A stretch of DNA of 64,000 nt from Phormidesmis sp. (GTDB lineage Bacteria > Cyanobacteriota > Cyanobacteriia > Leptolyngbyales > Leptolyngbyaceae). The position numbers and the translations under genes are program-made. The notes under the pieces are model-generated. The model was given only the letters and a program-made list of their open reading frames with translations, was not told the DNA's origin and did not search any database. The stretch lies in assembly GCA_965248535.1 (NCBI GenBank), contig CBDFJR010000002.1, positions 320,001 through 384,000 on the forward strand, given 5' to 3'. This document shows, one piece after another, positions 31,941-42,256 of this stretch (position 1 is the first letter of the stretch; every line of letters starts with the position of its first letter).

Positions 31941-33416
31941 TTACAGTGTCCCAAATCCCTTCTTTTTCTTGTCTTTTTTCTTCTTCTTATTAGGATTGCC
32001 CCCACCGCCTCGCCATCCGGGTTGGGGCGGATTGTTGCCACCCATTCCGGGCATTCCGGGCATTCCGCCGCCCATACCCGGCATTCCCATTCCGGGCATT
32101 CCGCCCATACCAGGAAAGTTGCCTTGCCCCATTTGCTGCATCATCGTTCGCATTCGCTGGAAGTTGGTCACCAGTTCACTGACTTCTCTCTCGCCATAGC
32201 CAGAGCCTTTGGCAACGCGACGACGACGACTGGGCGAACTCGACAAAATATCGGGATCTTTGCGTTCTTGAATGGTCATAGAGCCGATCATCGCTTCGGC
32301 CTTCTTGAGTTGAGTTTCTCCTTGCTCAAGCTGTTCGCTGCTCAACTTGCCCATGCCAGGAATCATTTTCATGATGCCGCCCAGAGAACCCAAATTTTTG
32401 AGCAAGCGGGTCTGCTTGAGAAAGTCGGTAAAGTCGAATTTTGCAGAAAGAATTTTCTCCTGCATCTTTTCGGCTTCGGCAAAATCAACTTCTTCGCGGG
32501 CTTTTTCCACCAGCGTCAGAACGTCACCCATGCCGAGAATGCGCGATGCCATGCGATCGGGATAAAACGGCTGCAAGGCATCGACTTTTTCACCCACCCC
32601 GACGAATTTGATCGGTTGCCCCGAAATGCGTCGCACTGATAGCGCCGCCCCGCCGCGAGTATCTCCATCCAACTTGGTGAGAATGGCTCCGGTGATGCCA
32701 ATCTGCTCGTGAAAGGTGCGAGTCAGGTTGGCGGCTTCTTGCCCGGTCATCGCATCCACGACGAGCAAAGTTTCGTGGGGCTGAATGATTTCTTTAATGC
32801 GGGCCAACTCGCCCATCATGTCTTGGTCGATTTGCAGCCGACCTGCTGTGTCAACAATCACGACATCAACGCCGTCGGCTCTGGCTTTCTCGACCCCCTG
32901 ACGCGCAATCTCAACCGGGTCAGCGCTGGTGCCCAACTCAAAAACGGGGATGTTAATCTGCTTGCCGAGGGCCACGAGTTGGTCGATCGCCGCAGGTCGA
33001 TATACGTCGGTGGCGACTAGCAGGGTAGTGCGTTCTTCTTTGCGAAGATGGAGCGCAAGCTTGGCGCTGGCGGTGGTTTTACCCGTGCCTTGCAGACCTG
33101 CCATGAGCACGATCGTCGGTTTTGATGGCGCTTCAGCTAGGGGGACGTTGGCCTCGCCCATCACCTGCACTAGCTCGTTATAGACAATTTCAATAAACTG
33201 CTGATCTGGGCGCACCCCTTGCACGACTTCTGCGCCGAGTGCTTTTTGCTCAACCTCAGCTACAAAGTCTTTGACGATTTGCAGGTTGACATCGGCTTCG
33301 AGCAGCGCCCGCCGAACCTCCCGCAGTGCGTCTTTAACGTTGGATTCAGAGATTTTGTCCTGACCGCGTAATTTAGTCCAGGCTTGTTCTAAGCGTTCAG
33401 CGAGAGCGTCAAACAT
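31941..33416 (-). CDS. ffh: Signal recognition particle protein Ffh
   Basis: GLQGTGKTT, DTAGR and TKLDGD motifs; Met-rich M domain. Confidence 0.98.
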   Translation of the reverse strand: MFDALAERLEQAWTKLRGQDKISESNVKDALREVRRALLEADVNLQIVKDFVAEVEQKALGAEVVQGVRPDQQFIEIVYNELVQVMGEANVPLAEAPSKPTIVLMAGLQGTGKTTASAKLALHLRKEERTTLLVATDVYRPAAIDQLVALGKQINIPVFELGTSADPVEIARQGVEKARADGVDVVIVDTAGRLQIDQDMMGELARIKEIIQPHETLLVVDAMTGQEAANLTRTFHEQIGITGAILTKLDGDTRGGAALSVRRISGQPIKFVGVGEKVDALQPFYPDRMASRILGMGDVLTLVEKAREEVDFAEAEKMQEKILSAKFDFTDFLKQTRLLKNLGSLGGIMKMIPGMGKLSSEQLEQGETQLKKAEAMIGSMTIQERKDPDILSSSPSRRRRVAKGSGYGEREVSELVTNFQRMRTMMQQMGQGNFPGMGGMPGMGMPGMGGGMPGMPGMGGNNPPQPGWRGGGGNPNKKKKKDKKKKGFGTL

Positions 33417-33594
33417 AGGTCAAATAAGTGCCACACGATCGGCGTTTCATCAAAGTACGGCAAAGCAATCGCAGAGAATGCTCACTTATTCAGATTAGCG
33501 TGTTTCGGAAAAACTCATCTGCCCCGTTGAGCAGTTCACAGCCTGACTCAAAAAATGCCCTACAACTGCCTGAGCTTTTAAAACCAAGCTCCCA

Positions 33595-33658
33595 AAAACT
33601 CGGAGGTTTAAGAAGCACTCTCCAGTAAGATGCGTTTTCGGTTAAACCTCCGAGTTTT
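33595..33658. repeat. 17-bp perfect inverted repeat with 30-bp spacer
   Basis: AAAACTCGGAGGTTTAA (33595-33611) / TTAAACCTCCGAGTTTT (33642-33658). Confidence 0.75.
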
Positions 33659-33732
33659 ATATAAGGGTTTTGCGCAGGAGCGAAAAATTTAGAGATACTT
33701 GAGCGATCGCTTAACCCAAACGAACCAAAATA

Positions 33733-34935
33733 ATGCCGAGAAATGTCGTCGCTCAAATTCAGCAGTTTAATCAAGACCGTGATCCGCAGCTTTTGAAGCT
33801 CAAATATCAGGCGATGGCAACTAACGCGTTTGCCTTCTTTCGGGGGACGTGTCATCTGTTTTATCAAGACATTCCTGCCGATGCCGCGATCGATAAAACG
33901 CCCCCAGTCTGGGTCTGTGGCGACTTGCATTTGCAAAATTTTGGCAGTTTTCGGGGCGACGATCGCTTGGTCTATTTCGATATCAACGACTTTGACGAAT
34001 CGGTGTTAGCACCCTCTAGCTGGGATACGGCTCGATTTATCACCAGCGTATTGGTCGGCGCTCACACCTTGGGAATCAATGATGAGGAAGCGCAAGGGCT
34101 TTGTCAGTGTTTTTTAGACTCCTACACAGCCGCCTTGAAACTGGGTAAAGCTCGTGACATTCATCCAGAAACGGCAACTGGATTGGTCAGAGAATTGTTA
34201 GAGAGTTTGAGAACACGCGATCGTAGAACTTTCCTGACCGAGCGCACCGAGTTAAGAGACAGGCAGCGCAAGCTAAAAATCATTCCAGGAAAAACGTCTG
34301 CGGTAACACCGAAAGAACGCAAAAAAATCACTAGCTTGATAAATCAATGGGCGACAAGTCAGCCTAATCCCAAGTTCTTTAACGTGTTGGATGTGGCGCA
34401 TCGCATCGCCGGAACAGGAAGTTTAGGACTCGATCGCTACGTGCTCTTGGTCGAAGGCAACGGGTCACCTCATCGCAATTATTTACTCGACCTAAAAGCC
34501 GCCCGATCGTCCTCTCTCTATCCTCATTTGCAGCTTCATCAGCCCGACTGGACTAGTCAAGCTGACCGCATTGCCGCCATTCAATATCGGTTTCAAGAAT
34601 CACCTCCGGCGCTGCTCAACCCGCTGGAGTTAGACAATGAATCCTATGTGCTGCGAGAGCTTCAGCCCGTTGCCGATCGGGTCGATCTCGCCGCTTGGAA
34701 TGGCAAAATCAAACGCCTCAAAAAAGTGATTCAAACTATGGCAGAGGTGACCGCTTGGGGGCAGTTGCGAAGCGGTGGCCGGCAGGGGTCAGCGATCGCT
34801 GATGATCTGATCGCCTTTGCCGAAGCTGCCCCTGATTGGCATCCTTGGTTATTAGACTACAGTCGCACCTATGCTAGACAGGTCGAACTAGATTTCATCG
34901 ACTTTCAAGCGGCTTTCAAGCAAAAAGCACTCTAA
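33733..34935 (+). CDS. DUF2252 family protein (kinase-like fold)
   Basis: FAFFRGT, CGDLHLQNFG, FDINDFDE and GTGSLG motifs. Confidence 0.9.
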   Translation: MPRNVVAQIQQFNQDRDPQLLKLKYQAMATNAFAFFRGTCHLFYQDIPADAAIDKTPPVWVCGDLHLQNFGSFRGDDRLVYFDINDFDESVLAPSSWDTARFITSVLVGAHTLGINDEEAQGLCQCFLDSYTAALKLGKARDIHPETATGLVRELLESLRTRDRRTFLTERTELRDRQRKLKIIPGKTSAVTPKERKKITSLINQWATSQPNPKFFNVLDVAHRIAGTGSLGLDRYVLLVEGNGSPHRNYLLDLKAARSSSLYPHLQLHQPDWTSQADRIAAIQYRFQESPPALLNPLELDNESYVLRELQPVADRVDLAAWNGKIKRLKKVIQTMAEVTAWGQLRSGGRQGSAIADDLIAFAEAAPDWHPWLLDYSRTYARQVELDFIDFQAAFKQKAL

Positions 34936-34959
34936 GTTAGCCAACTTACTTCTTGCGAT

Positions 34960-35361
34960 TTAGTGGCTAACGGATGGTTCGATCGCCCATTCGGTGCTGA
35001 TCCACGGTTGGCAAGCTTGCAGTCCCAAGGTCGGATCTTGATGATAGGTCTCGCCTGCTGCCCAGACAATCACTGAGCGATCGCGCCCCACTAAATACAA
35101 ATACTCGGCGGTGGGGTCATAGTTCACGCCCACTTTGAGATTCGAGAAATCATCCTCGCAAATCTCGTAGCCAAACCGCACCACAATCTGTGCCAACAGG
35201 CATTCTGGCGTGTCGCTGTGTTCTCCAGAAAGATCGCGCTCTTGCCAAAACTTATCAAGAAATCGCTCTAAGGTCGGCAACACCTTACTGGGCGTTCCTC
35301 CTCGACTGGCGTACACGATCGCGGGGTTGCCTTCAACAATGATGTGACACGGTGTAGGCAT
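34960..35361 (-). CDS. Conserved hypothetical protein
   Basis: 133 aa ORF with typical composition. Confidence 0.65.
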   Translation of the reverse strand: MPTPCHIIVEGNPAIVYASRGGTPSKVLPTLERFLDKFWQERDLSGEHSDTPECLLAQIVVRFGYEICEDDFSNLKVGVNYDPTAEYLYLVGRDRSVIVWAAGETYHQDPTLGLQACQPWISTEWAIEPSVSH

Positions 35362-35536
35362 CTTAAAAGAATGAGGGATAGAAGAGGAATAATCACCCTA
35401 TCATTTCATATTTTTTGAGATTTCACTGCTCATTGCTCATCCTTTTCAAAAGTCGGGATTTTCACGGTTCTAAAACCCGATCGCGAGTCAGCATAATCTT
35501 TCTTAACGATTGTTTTATCTTTGGGGTCAAAGACCT

Positions 35537-36115
35537 ATGCGCTCCCAGGTTCATTCTTCCTTTTCGGCTGCTTCGCAGATGCCTGATCAGCCTCTATACA
35601 AGGTTTTGGGGTCTCGCAGTCACTATCGCTCCTGTCATATTCAGGTGCCTGACGAGAGCGATCGCTTGGCGGCGATTCAAGTGGGCGACCAATACTATAG
35701 TTTTTTTAAAGTCGTTAAAGAGCGGCAAAAAACGCTGCAAATGGCGGCTCGACTGGTCTATAAAGGTGACAAAGTGGTAATCACTCACGTTTCTAAAGGC
35801 GACGTGATTTGGATTTTAGAACCTAATGCTTGGCTCAGTCAGATCAAAAACTCTGCAAATCGTCTCTGGAAAATTTTGCAAAACGACTGGGAATATGAGG
35901 CTTGCACGATTTTGGTGCCTGATGTGGCGCAGCCCCTAGAAGCGATTTTTGCAACGGATAACTACTACAGTCTTTTGCGGGTTGTCAAAGACCGAGAAGC
36001 CGCGATCGAGCTAGCTGATCGTCTGGCTCAAAAGGGAAACGCGGCCCTGATCACAAAGCGCGATCGCAGTTTCTCAGTCTGGGTGTTAGAACCCGACGCA
36101 TCTATCAACGCTTAG
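35537..36115 (+). CDS. Hypothetical protein with internal tandem domain duplication
   Basis: Two copies of C.I.VPD....L.AI....YYS...VVK.R.......A.RL..KG....IT......W.LEP.A. Confidence 0.75.
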   Translation: MRSQVHSSFSAASQMPDQPLYKVLGSRSHYRSCHIQVPDESDRLAAIQVGDQYYSFFKVVKERQKTLQMAARLVYKGDKVVITHVSKGDVIWILEPNAWLSQIKNSANRLWKILQNDWEYEACTILVPDVAQPLEAIFATDNYYSLLRVVKDREAAIELADRLAQKGNAALITKRDRSFSVWVLEPDASINA

Positions 36116-36261
36116 AAGATCGCCCATCATGACTAAAAGGACGAAGCATTCAAAAACGACCTCTCGGAGCGCCCGATGATCGCTTGAATGCTTTACCCTC
36201 ACTTTTATTTGAAGTGACAAACCCGACTTGACAGCGATCGGATCGCCCAGCAGACCGAGCT

Positions 36262-36771
36262 TTAAAGGTCGTTTTCGCCCAACTCTCGCGACATGTAATC
36301 AAACGGTTGGTCAACAAACGCAGCTTTTTCAATCCCTGCGGCCGCAACCTGCTCTCTGACAATTTCTTTCATGATCTGGATGCCGCGCACCGTCGGGCCA
36401 CCAGGCACCCCCAGCGAGTTGTAGGTTTCTCGTAGACCTTCTAGCACCCGCTCATCAAGCACATCGTTGTCTCCAGCGACCAGCGCATAGCTGGCATAGC
36501 GCAAGTAGTAGTCCATATCTCGCAGACAGGCCGCATAGCGACGAGTGGTATAAGCATTACCACCAGGGCGAATCAATTCGGGAAGCTCATCAAACAATTG
36601 CAAGCCAGCTTGCTTGACGATCGCCGCCGCATTGGCGTTAATCACTCCGGCTGCTTGCACCCGTGCCATCCCAGTCTCAAAATAAGATTTCAAATCATCG
36701 ACCGCGTTACGATCGAGATATCGCCCGGTGATGTCATAGTTTCTAATCAGGCTTGTCACTGCATCCCGCAT
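36262..36771 (-). CDS. apcF: Allophycocyanin beta-18 subunit
   Basis: MRDAVTSLIRNYDITGRYLDR and PGGNAYTTRRYAACLRDMDY; divergent from glnA (conserved synteny). Confidence 0.95.
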   Translation of the reverse strand: MRDAVTSLIRNYDITGRYLDRNAVDDLKSYFETGMARVQAAGVINANAAAIVKQAGLQLFDELPELIRPGGNAYTTRRYAACLRDMDYYLRYASYALVAGDNDVLDERVLEGLRETYNSLGVPGGPTVRGIQIMKEIVREQVAAAGIEKAAFVDQPFDYMSRELGENDL

Positions 36772-37020
36772 GAAATTCTTCTCCCAATTAATCCCAGTAA
36801 ACAAAATTTAGTGTTTGGGGTTCTAGAGCCTCGACCCACAGCAACTAGCCGAGCCGCCCATCAAATGATTTAGGGTAAGTCTACCATGCAGGGTCGAACC
36901 GATTGAGACGCTGGCCGCCTTGATCCCATCAGTCTTTGTGAAACGTTACATTCTTGCTTTTTTAGCCAACTGCCGCCATCGTTAACCTGAGTTTAATCCT
37001 GGGCAATCACTCAAGATTTT

Positions 37021-37062
37021 GTAGCATAAAATACAAAATTCCCGTATCGCTCTCCCTACCAT
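37021..37062 (+). promoter_or_regulatory. NtcA-activated (class II) promoter of glnA
   Basis: GTA-GCATAAAA-TAC at 37021-37034, then 22 nt, then TACCAT -10 box at 37057-37062. Confidence 0.88.
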
Positions 37063-37235
37063 GATTCAGAGAACTCAGGGTATCGCTGCGGAAAGATGCA
37101 CACCCATTCATTTCCTGTCAAAGCCCCCACAAACCACCTCGATCGAGGTAGGGCATCTTAGCGGGGTTACCGTCTTCAACCCGTTCTCAAACTCTTCAGG
37201 GAAAACCCTTTAGCCAACGATTTAAGGAGTAGTTC

Positions 37236-38684
37236 ATGGCCGAGACAGCACAAGAAATTCTAAAGATGATTGAGGATCAGAACATTGAACTGATTGACCT
37301 CAAGTTTGTAGATCTTTATGGAATCTGGCAGCACTGCACGTTTCATAAAAGCTTGATCGAGGAAGAATCGTTCCTCAACTCAGGAGGCGTGGCGTTTGAC
37401 GGCTCTAGCATTCGCGGTTGGAAAGCCATCAACAGTTCAGACATGGCGATGGTGCCCGACCCCACGACTGCTTGGATGGACCCTTTCATGGCGGTGCCCA
37501 CTTTGAGCATGGTGTGCACGATCGTAGATCCTCGCACCGGGCAGATGTATGAGCGCGACCCTCGCTCGATCGCCCAAAAAGCCGTTGACTATCTAATCGC
37601 GAGTGGCGTAGGCGACACGGTTTATTGCGGGCCAGAACCCGAATTTTTCATCTTTGACGATGTTCGCTATGGGCAAGAGGGTCACACGGGCTACTATGCC
37701 GTTGAGTCGAGCGAAGGTGCCTGGAACTCAGGCAATACTGAACGGGACTCAGGCTATTCTGAGCCGGGCGGCAACTTGGGCTTCAAAATCAGCAAAAAGC
37801 GCGGCTATTTTCCGACGGCTCCCTCGGATATGCTGCAAGACATCCGCACTGAGATGCTGCTGACGATGGCCAAGTGCGGCGTGCCGATCGAGAAACATCA
37901 CCACGAAGTCGCCGCAGGCGGACAGTGTGAACTGGGCATTCGTTTTTCTAACCTAGTGCACGCGGCTGACTATGTGATGACTTATAAATATGTCGTCAAA
38001 AACGTCGCCCGCAAGCATGGCAAAACTGCGACCTTTATGCCCAAGCCAATCCACGACGACAACGGCTCTGGAATGCACAGCCACATGTCGATCTGGAAGG
38101 ATGGACAGCCTTTGTTTGCGGGTGACAAATATGCAGGCTTGAGCCAAACGGCGCTGCACTTTATCGGCGGCTTGATTCGCCATGCGCCTTCACTGCTGGC
38201 GTTCACCAACCCGACTGTCAACTCTTATAAGCGGTTGGTTCCTGGCTTTGAAGCTCCGGTCAACTTGGCCTACTCGGCGGGCAACCGATCGGCATCGATT
38301 CGGATTCCGCTCTCTGGCACCAACCCCAAAGCCAAGCGCCTAGAGTTCCGTTGCCCCGATGCGTCGAGCAACCCTTATCTAACATTCTCAGCCATGCTTT
38401 GTGCGGGTCTAGACGGCATCAAAAACCAGATCGATCCGGGCGAACCTTTGGATGTAGACATCTACGAGATGAGCAAAGAGGAGTTGGCAAAAGTGCCCAA
38501 AGCCCCGGCAAACCTTGGCGAAGCGTTGGCAAATCTAGAGCGAGATCACGAGTTTCTCACGGCGGGCGGTGTCTTCCCTGAAGACTTTATCTATAACTGG
38601 ATTGCGATGAAGATGGAAGGTGAGGTGAAGCCGATCAGCAAGCTGCCGACTCCCTATGAGTTTGAGTTGTATTACGACTGCTAG
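37236..38684 (+). CDS. glnA: Glutamine synthetase type I
   Basis: [39 protein letters not shown] and RLEFRCPD motifs. Confidence 0.98.
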   Translation: MAETAQEILKMIEDQNIELIDLKFVDLYGIWQHCTFHKSLIEEESFLNSGGVAFDGSSIRGWKAINSSDMAMVPDPTTAWMDPFMAVPTLSMVCTIVDPRTGQMYERDPRSIAQKAVDYLIASGVGDTVYCGPEPEFFIFDDVRYGQEGHTGYYAVESSEGAWNSGNTERDSGYSEPGGNLGFKISKKRGYFPTAPSDMLQDIRTEMLLTMAKCGVPIEKHHHEVAAGGQCELGIRFSNLVHAADYVMTYKYVVKNVARKHGKTATFMPKPIHDDNGSGMHSHMSIWKDGQPLFAGDKYAGLSQTALHFIGGLIRHAPSLLAFTNPTVNSYKRLVPGFEAPVNLAYSAGNRSASIRIPLSGTNPKAKRLEFRCPDASSNPYLTFSAMLCAGLDGIKNQIDPGEPLDVDIYEMSKEELAKVPKAPANLGEALANLERDHEFLTAGGVFPEDFIYNWIAMKMEGEVKPISKLPTPYEFELYYDC

Positions 38685-38711
38685 ACCCAGACACTTCTGG
38701 CTCGGTTAAAT

Positions 38712-38750
38712 AAATCCCTCACTGAAACTATTCGCTGGGGGATTTTCTTT
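38712..38750 (+). terminator. glnA terminator
   Basis: AAATCCCTCA...TGGGGGATTT followed by a T-rich run. Confidence 0.6.
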
Positions 38751-38826
38751 AAGTGGGCTAATCATTCTGTTTTGGGCAGAAAAACCATAAACCTTTATGA
38801 ACCTAATGCAAACTAGGCTAAATTTT

Positions 38827-38840
38827 GTTACATTGGATAC
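38827..38840. promoter_or_regulatory. NtcA-like site at a repressor position
   Basis: GTT-ACATTGGA-TAC immediately downstream of a TAAATT -10-like hexamer (38819-38824). Confidence 0.6.
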
Positions 38841-38848
38841 AGAAATGA

Positions 38849-38926
38849 ATCGTTCATCTCTTTCGGAAATTAGGTTTTCTTGATTTTTGGAGAGACGGAA
38901 GTAGGGAGTTTCCCGAAGGAACGCGC
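38849..38926 (+). ncRNA. Glutamine-I riboswitch (glnA RNA motif)
   Basis: ATCGTTCATCTC...GAGACGGAAGTAGGGA-GTT-TCCCGAAGGAACGCGC; P1 CGTTC/GAACG, P2 TCTCT/AGAGA, P3 GGGA/TCCC. Confidence 0.9.
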
Positions 38927-38961
38927 CTCTGTTGACTTCAACTCTTTAAGAGGTAAGCGCC

Positions 38962-39114
38962 ATGAAACGGTTTAACCAACCCAATAAATCTCAGATCGTA
39001 GACGTGAGTGATGACACCGTTGCTTTTATGCTGGCTAACGGCTTTTCCATCGACGGAAGCTGGTACAAATGGCACAAAAACCGCCATCAGCAGCCAAAAG
39101 TGACGGATCAGTAA
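38962..39114 (+). CDS. Riboswitch-controlled 50-aa peptide (not in ORF track)
   Basis: AAGAGG RBS; MKRFNQPNKSQIVDVSDDTVAFMLANGFSIDGSWYKWHKNRHQQPKVTDQ*; downstream hairpin at 39168-39201. Confidence 0.7.
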   Translation: MKRFNQPNKSQIVDVSDDTVAFMLANGFSIDGSWYKWHKNRHQQPKVTDQ

Positions 39115-39246
39115 CAGGCTGTGATTTCGGATTTCTAAACTCGACTCACGATTTAATCATTAACGTCGGCGATCGCATCTCACTCAGCGATCGCCATTTT
39201 TGTCGATAAATCTGCAAATACCTGATGAAACTGACTCCTAAGATTC

Positions 39247-39264
39247 GTTACACTTAGTTACAGT
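39247..39264. promoter_or_regulatory. HLR1-like (RpaB) direct repeat
   Basis: GTTACACT-TA-GTTACAGT, about 30 nt upstream of the methyltransferase ATG. Confidence 0.5.
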
Positions 39265-39292
39265 CGTCGATCGCGAGTCTCTTAAAGTCATC

Positions 39293-40412
39293 ATGCCCGA
39301 CACATTAACTAAGCTGGCATATCAAACCTTTCAGCAAAGCAAAAGCTATTTTGGGCTGGCGCACAAAGTGCTGAGTACTCAAGTTCTAAATTTCGTGGCT
39401 CCCGCGCAAGAGAAACAAACCATTTCGCTTGCTCCTGAGTTGCTGCTTAAGATTCAGCAACGGTTTAATCAGATTCTTGAAGCAGACTGGCAAGATGCAG
39501 AAACAGGCATTTACCCAGAAAGCCTTTTGTTTGACAACCCGTGGGAAGATTTTTTTCGGTTTTATCCGGCTGTCTGGCTCGATATGCCTCAGATCTGGGA
39601 TCGGGCAAACCAAAAGCGCTACCAAGAGTTTTCATCGGATGTTGAGACAAGTGGCTACCCTAGCTACTATGTGCAAAACTTCCATCACCAGACCAATGGC
39701 TATCTCAGCGATATGTCAGCCAATCTCTATGATTTGCAAGTAGAGTTGCTGTTTAACGGGTCGGCTGACGCAATGCGCCGTCGGATTTTAGCTCCGTTAA
39801 AAGAAGGTCTGACAGCGTTTAGCGCGATCGCGCCTCGTCAAATTAAGATTCTAGATATGGCCAGCGGCACGGGTCGCACGTTGAGAATGCTACGAGGGAT
39901 GTTGCCCAAAGCCTCTCTATATGGAGTTGATCTCTCGCCTGCTTATTTGAGAAAGGCCAACCAATTGCTTTCTCAGATTCCCTGGTGAGTTGCCTCAATT
40001 GCTGCAAGCCAATGCCGAAGAGTTGCCTTACTTAGAGAACTATTTTCATGCGGTGACCTGCGTGTTTTTGTTCCACGAGTTGCCGCCCCAAGCGCGTCAG
40101 AATGTAATTGACGAAGCCTTTAGGGTTGTTAAACCCGGTGGCACGTTTGTGATCTGTGATTCGGTTCAAGTTAGCGATTCGCCAGACCTGGCTCCGCTGA
40201 TGGCTGGCTTTTCAGAAACCTTCCACGAGCCTTATTATCGTCACTATATGACCGATGATTTGACGGCTCGCTTAGAGAGCGCTGGCTTTACCAAGGTCTC
40301 GACGCAGGTGCATTTTATGAGTAAGTATCTGACTGCTCACAAGCCTGCTGAAGGATCTCAAGCTGACTCTACTCAGCATTCTGAGCAGCAGGTGATTCCG
40401 CTAGGAGTCTAA
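39293..40412 (+). CDS. Class I SAM-dependent methyltransferase, split by a +1 frameshift near 39981
   Basis: QNFHHQTNGYLS and ILDMASGTG motifs; removing one C gives SQIPGELPQLLQ and joins the two ORFs. Confidence 0.85.
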
Positions 40413-40427
40413 AATCTAGCTTAAACA

Positions 40428-40459
40428 AAAAGAAGGCACCCGATCGGGTGCCTTCTTTT
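40428..40459. terminator. Bidirectional terminator (perfect 32-bp palindrome)
   Basis: AAAAGAAGGCACCCGATCGGGTGCCTTCTTTT. Confidence 0.85.
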
Positions 40460-40462
40460 CTA

Positions 40463-40544
40463 TGCGGATGGCGAGACTCGAACTCGCAAGGACAATGCCA
40501 CACGCACCTCAAGCGTGCGCGTATACCAATTCCGCCACATCCGC
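40463..40544 (-). tRNA. trnL: tRNA-Leu(GAG)
   Basis: GCGGATGTGGCGGAATTGGTATACGCG CACGC-TT-GAG-GT-GCGTG; long variable arm; GTTCGAGTC. Confidence 0.97.
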
Positions 40545-40745
40545 ACGGGCTGGCTGAGGAACCAGGGCAGTCATCGAGCTAGCTGATAAACTAGTTTGAC
40601 TTAAGCCTTAATCAGCATAGCAAAAAGAGACCCGATCGCCACAAGTTTTCGTGATATCTGCTTTGACCATCTCAAAACTTGCCAAGGGCACCCGCTACAA
40701 CGTTCAATAAATTAGCTTGATTCCTCCTCACGCCATTAGTTTTTT

Positions 40746-42113
40746 ATGTCATTTCACGCCTCGCTGACTCAACTGATTGACGTTCTCGGTGCAACGGCCG
40801 AAAATTTAACCGAGCCGATGCTGACTCAAACCGCGATCGCCATCACCACCGACAGTCGCCATCTCAAGCCGGGAGAGGTTTTTTTAGGGCTGCGGGGCGA
40901 AAAATTCGACGGGCATGAGTTTGTGGGAGTGGCGATCGAGCGAGGAGCGATCGCAGCGATCGTCGATTCTCACTTTCCAACCTCAACTCTGCCAGTTCTG
41001 CGAGTTCAAGATACTCTTGCTGCTTATCAAGCGATCGCGCACTGGTGGCGAAATCAGTTCACTATTCCCATCATCGCGATCACAGGTTCGGTGGGCAAAA
41101 CCACAACTAAAGAATTGATTGCCGCTGTGCTGTCAAACTATGGTCACGTTCTGAAGACGGAGGCGAATTATAACAACGAGATTGGCGTTCCTAAAACTCT
41201 GTTGGGATTGGATCAAACTCATGACTATGCCGTGATTGAGATGGGAATGCGGGCGAAAGGGGAAATTGCCCTTCTCAGCCAGATTGCGAAGCCGGATATT
41301 GCGGTGATTACCAACGTCGGCACGGCTCACATTGGGCGACTCGGCTCAAAAGCAGCGATCGCCGCCGCCAAATGTGAACTGCTGGCAGAAATGCCCAAAA
41401 CCGCGATCGCGATTCTCAATCACGACAACGCGCTATTAATTCAAACCGCTCAGACTGTTTGGACGGGGCAGACCCTCACCTTTGGACTAGAAGGCGGCGA
41501 CCTGTACGGGCACCTCATCGGCGCTGAAACCCTTAAAATTGGAGAGCGATCGCTGCCGCTACCATTAGAGGGGCAGCACAATGCGCTAAATTATCTAGCC
41601 GCTTTGGCTGTCGCAAAAACTCTAAACCTAGACTGGTCAGCCCTAACCGCAGGCGTGAAGGTAGTGGTTCCAGGGGGGCGATCGCGCAAATATGAACTCC
41701 CGAATGATGTTGTGATTTTGGATGAAACTTACAACGCGGGATTAGAGTCGATGCTGGCAGCGCTGCGCCTGTTGGCGGATACTCCCGGTCAGCGTCACAT
41801 CGCCGTGCTGGGCACGATGAAAGAGTTAGGAGACTGGTCAGTGCCCTTTCATCAGCAAGTTGGCGAGATGGTCAAGCAACTTAACCTAGATGGGCTGCTG
41901 ATTTTGGCAGACGACGCAGAAGCCGAAGCATTGGCGATCGGAGCCTCACCCCTCAAGGTCGAGCGGTTTTCAACCCATGCAGCGATCGTGGCTCAATTGA
42001 AGGCAGAGGTGCGATCGGGTGATCGACTGCTGTTTAAAGCCTCTCGTGCAGTCGGTCTTGATCAAGTCGTTGAGCAATTTTGCGCGCAATACTCAACATC
42101 CATACTCCTGTAG
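40746..42113 (+). CDS. murF: UDP-MurNAc-tripeptide--D-Ala-D-Ala ligase
   Basis: TDSR, ITGSVGKTTTKE, NNEIGVP, DETYNA and KASR motifs. Confidence 0.96.
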   Translation: MSFHASLTQLIDVLGATAENLTEPMLTQTAIAITTDSRHLKPGEVFLGLRGEKFDGHEFVGVAIERGAIAAIVDSHFPTSTLPVLRVQDTLAAYQAIAHWWRNQFTIPIIAITGSVGKTTTKELIAAVLSNYGHVLKTEANYNNEIGVPKTLLGLDQTHDYAVIEMGMRAKGEIALLSQIAKPDIAVITNVGTAHIGRLGSKAAIAAAKCELLAEMPKTAIAILNHDNALLIQTAQTVWTGQTLTFGLEGGDLYGHLIGAETLKIGERSLPLPLEGQHNALNYLAALAVAKTLNLDWSALTAGVKVVVPGGRSRKYELPNDVVILDETYNAGLESMLAALRLLADTPGQRHIAVLGTMKELGDWSVPFHQQVGEMVKQLNLDGLLILADDAEAEALAIGASPLKVERFSTHAAIVAQLKAEVRSGDRLLFKASRAVGLDQVVEQFCAQYSTSILL

Positions 42114-42256
42114 GCGTATCTCCTCTTCTCACCTGTGAGGGATGCCAAAACCCTGCCCACTCAGTCATCCTGTCAGCAAGCGTCGTCTTACACAATTACA
42201 GCACTTGGCTGGCGCAGTTGACTCAGTTGCGCGAGTTTGGTGAAGAGGAAATCCCT

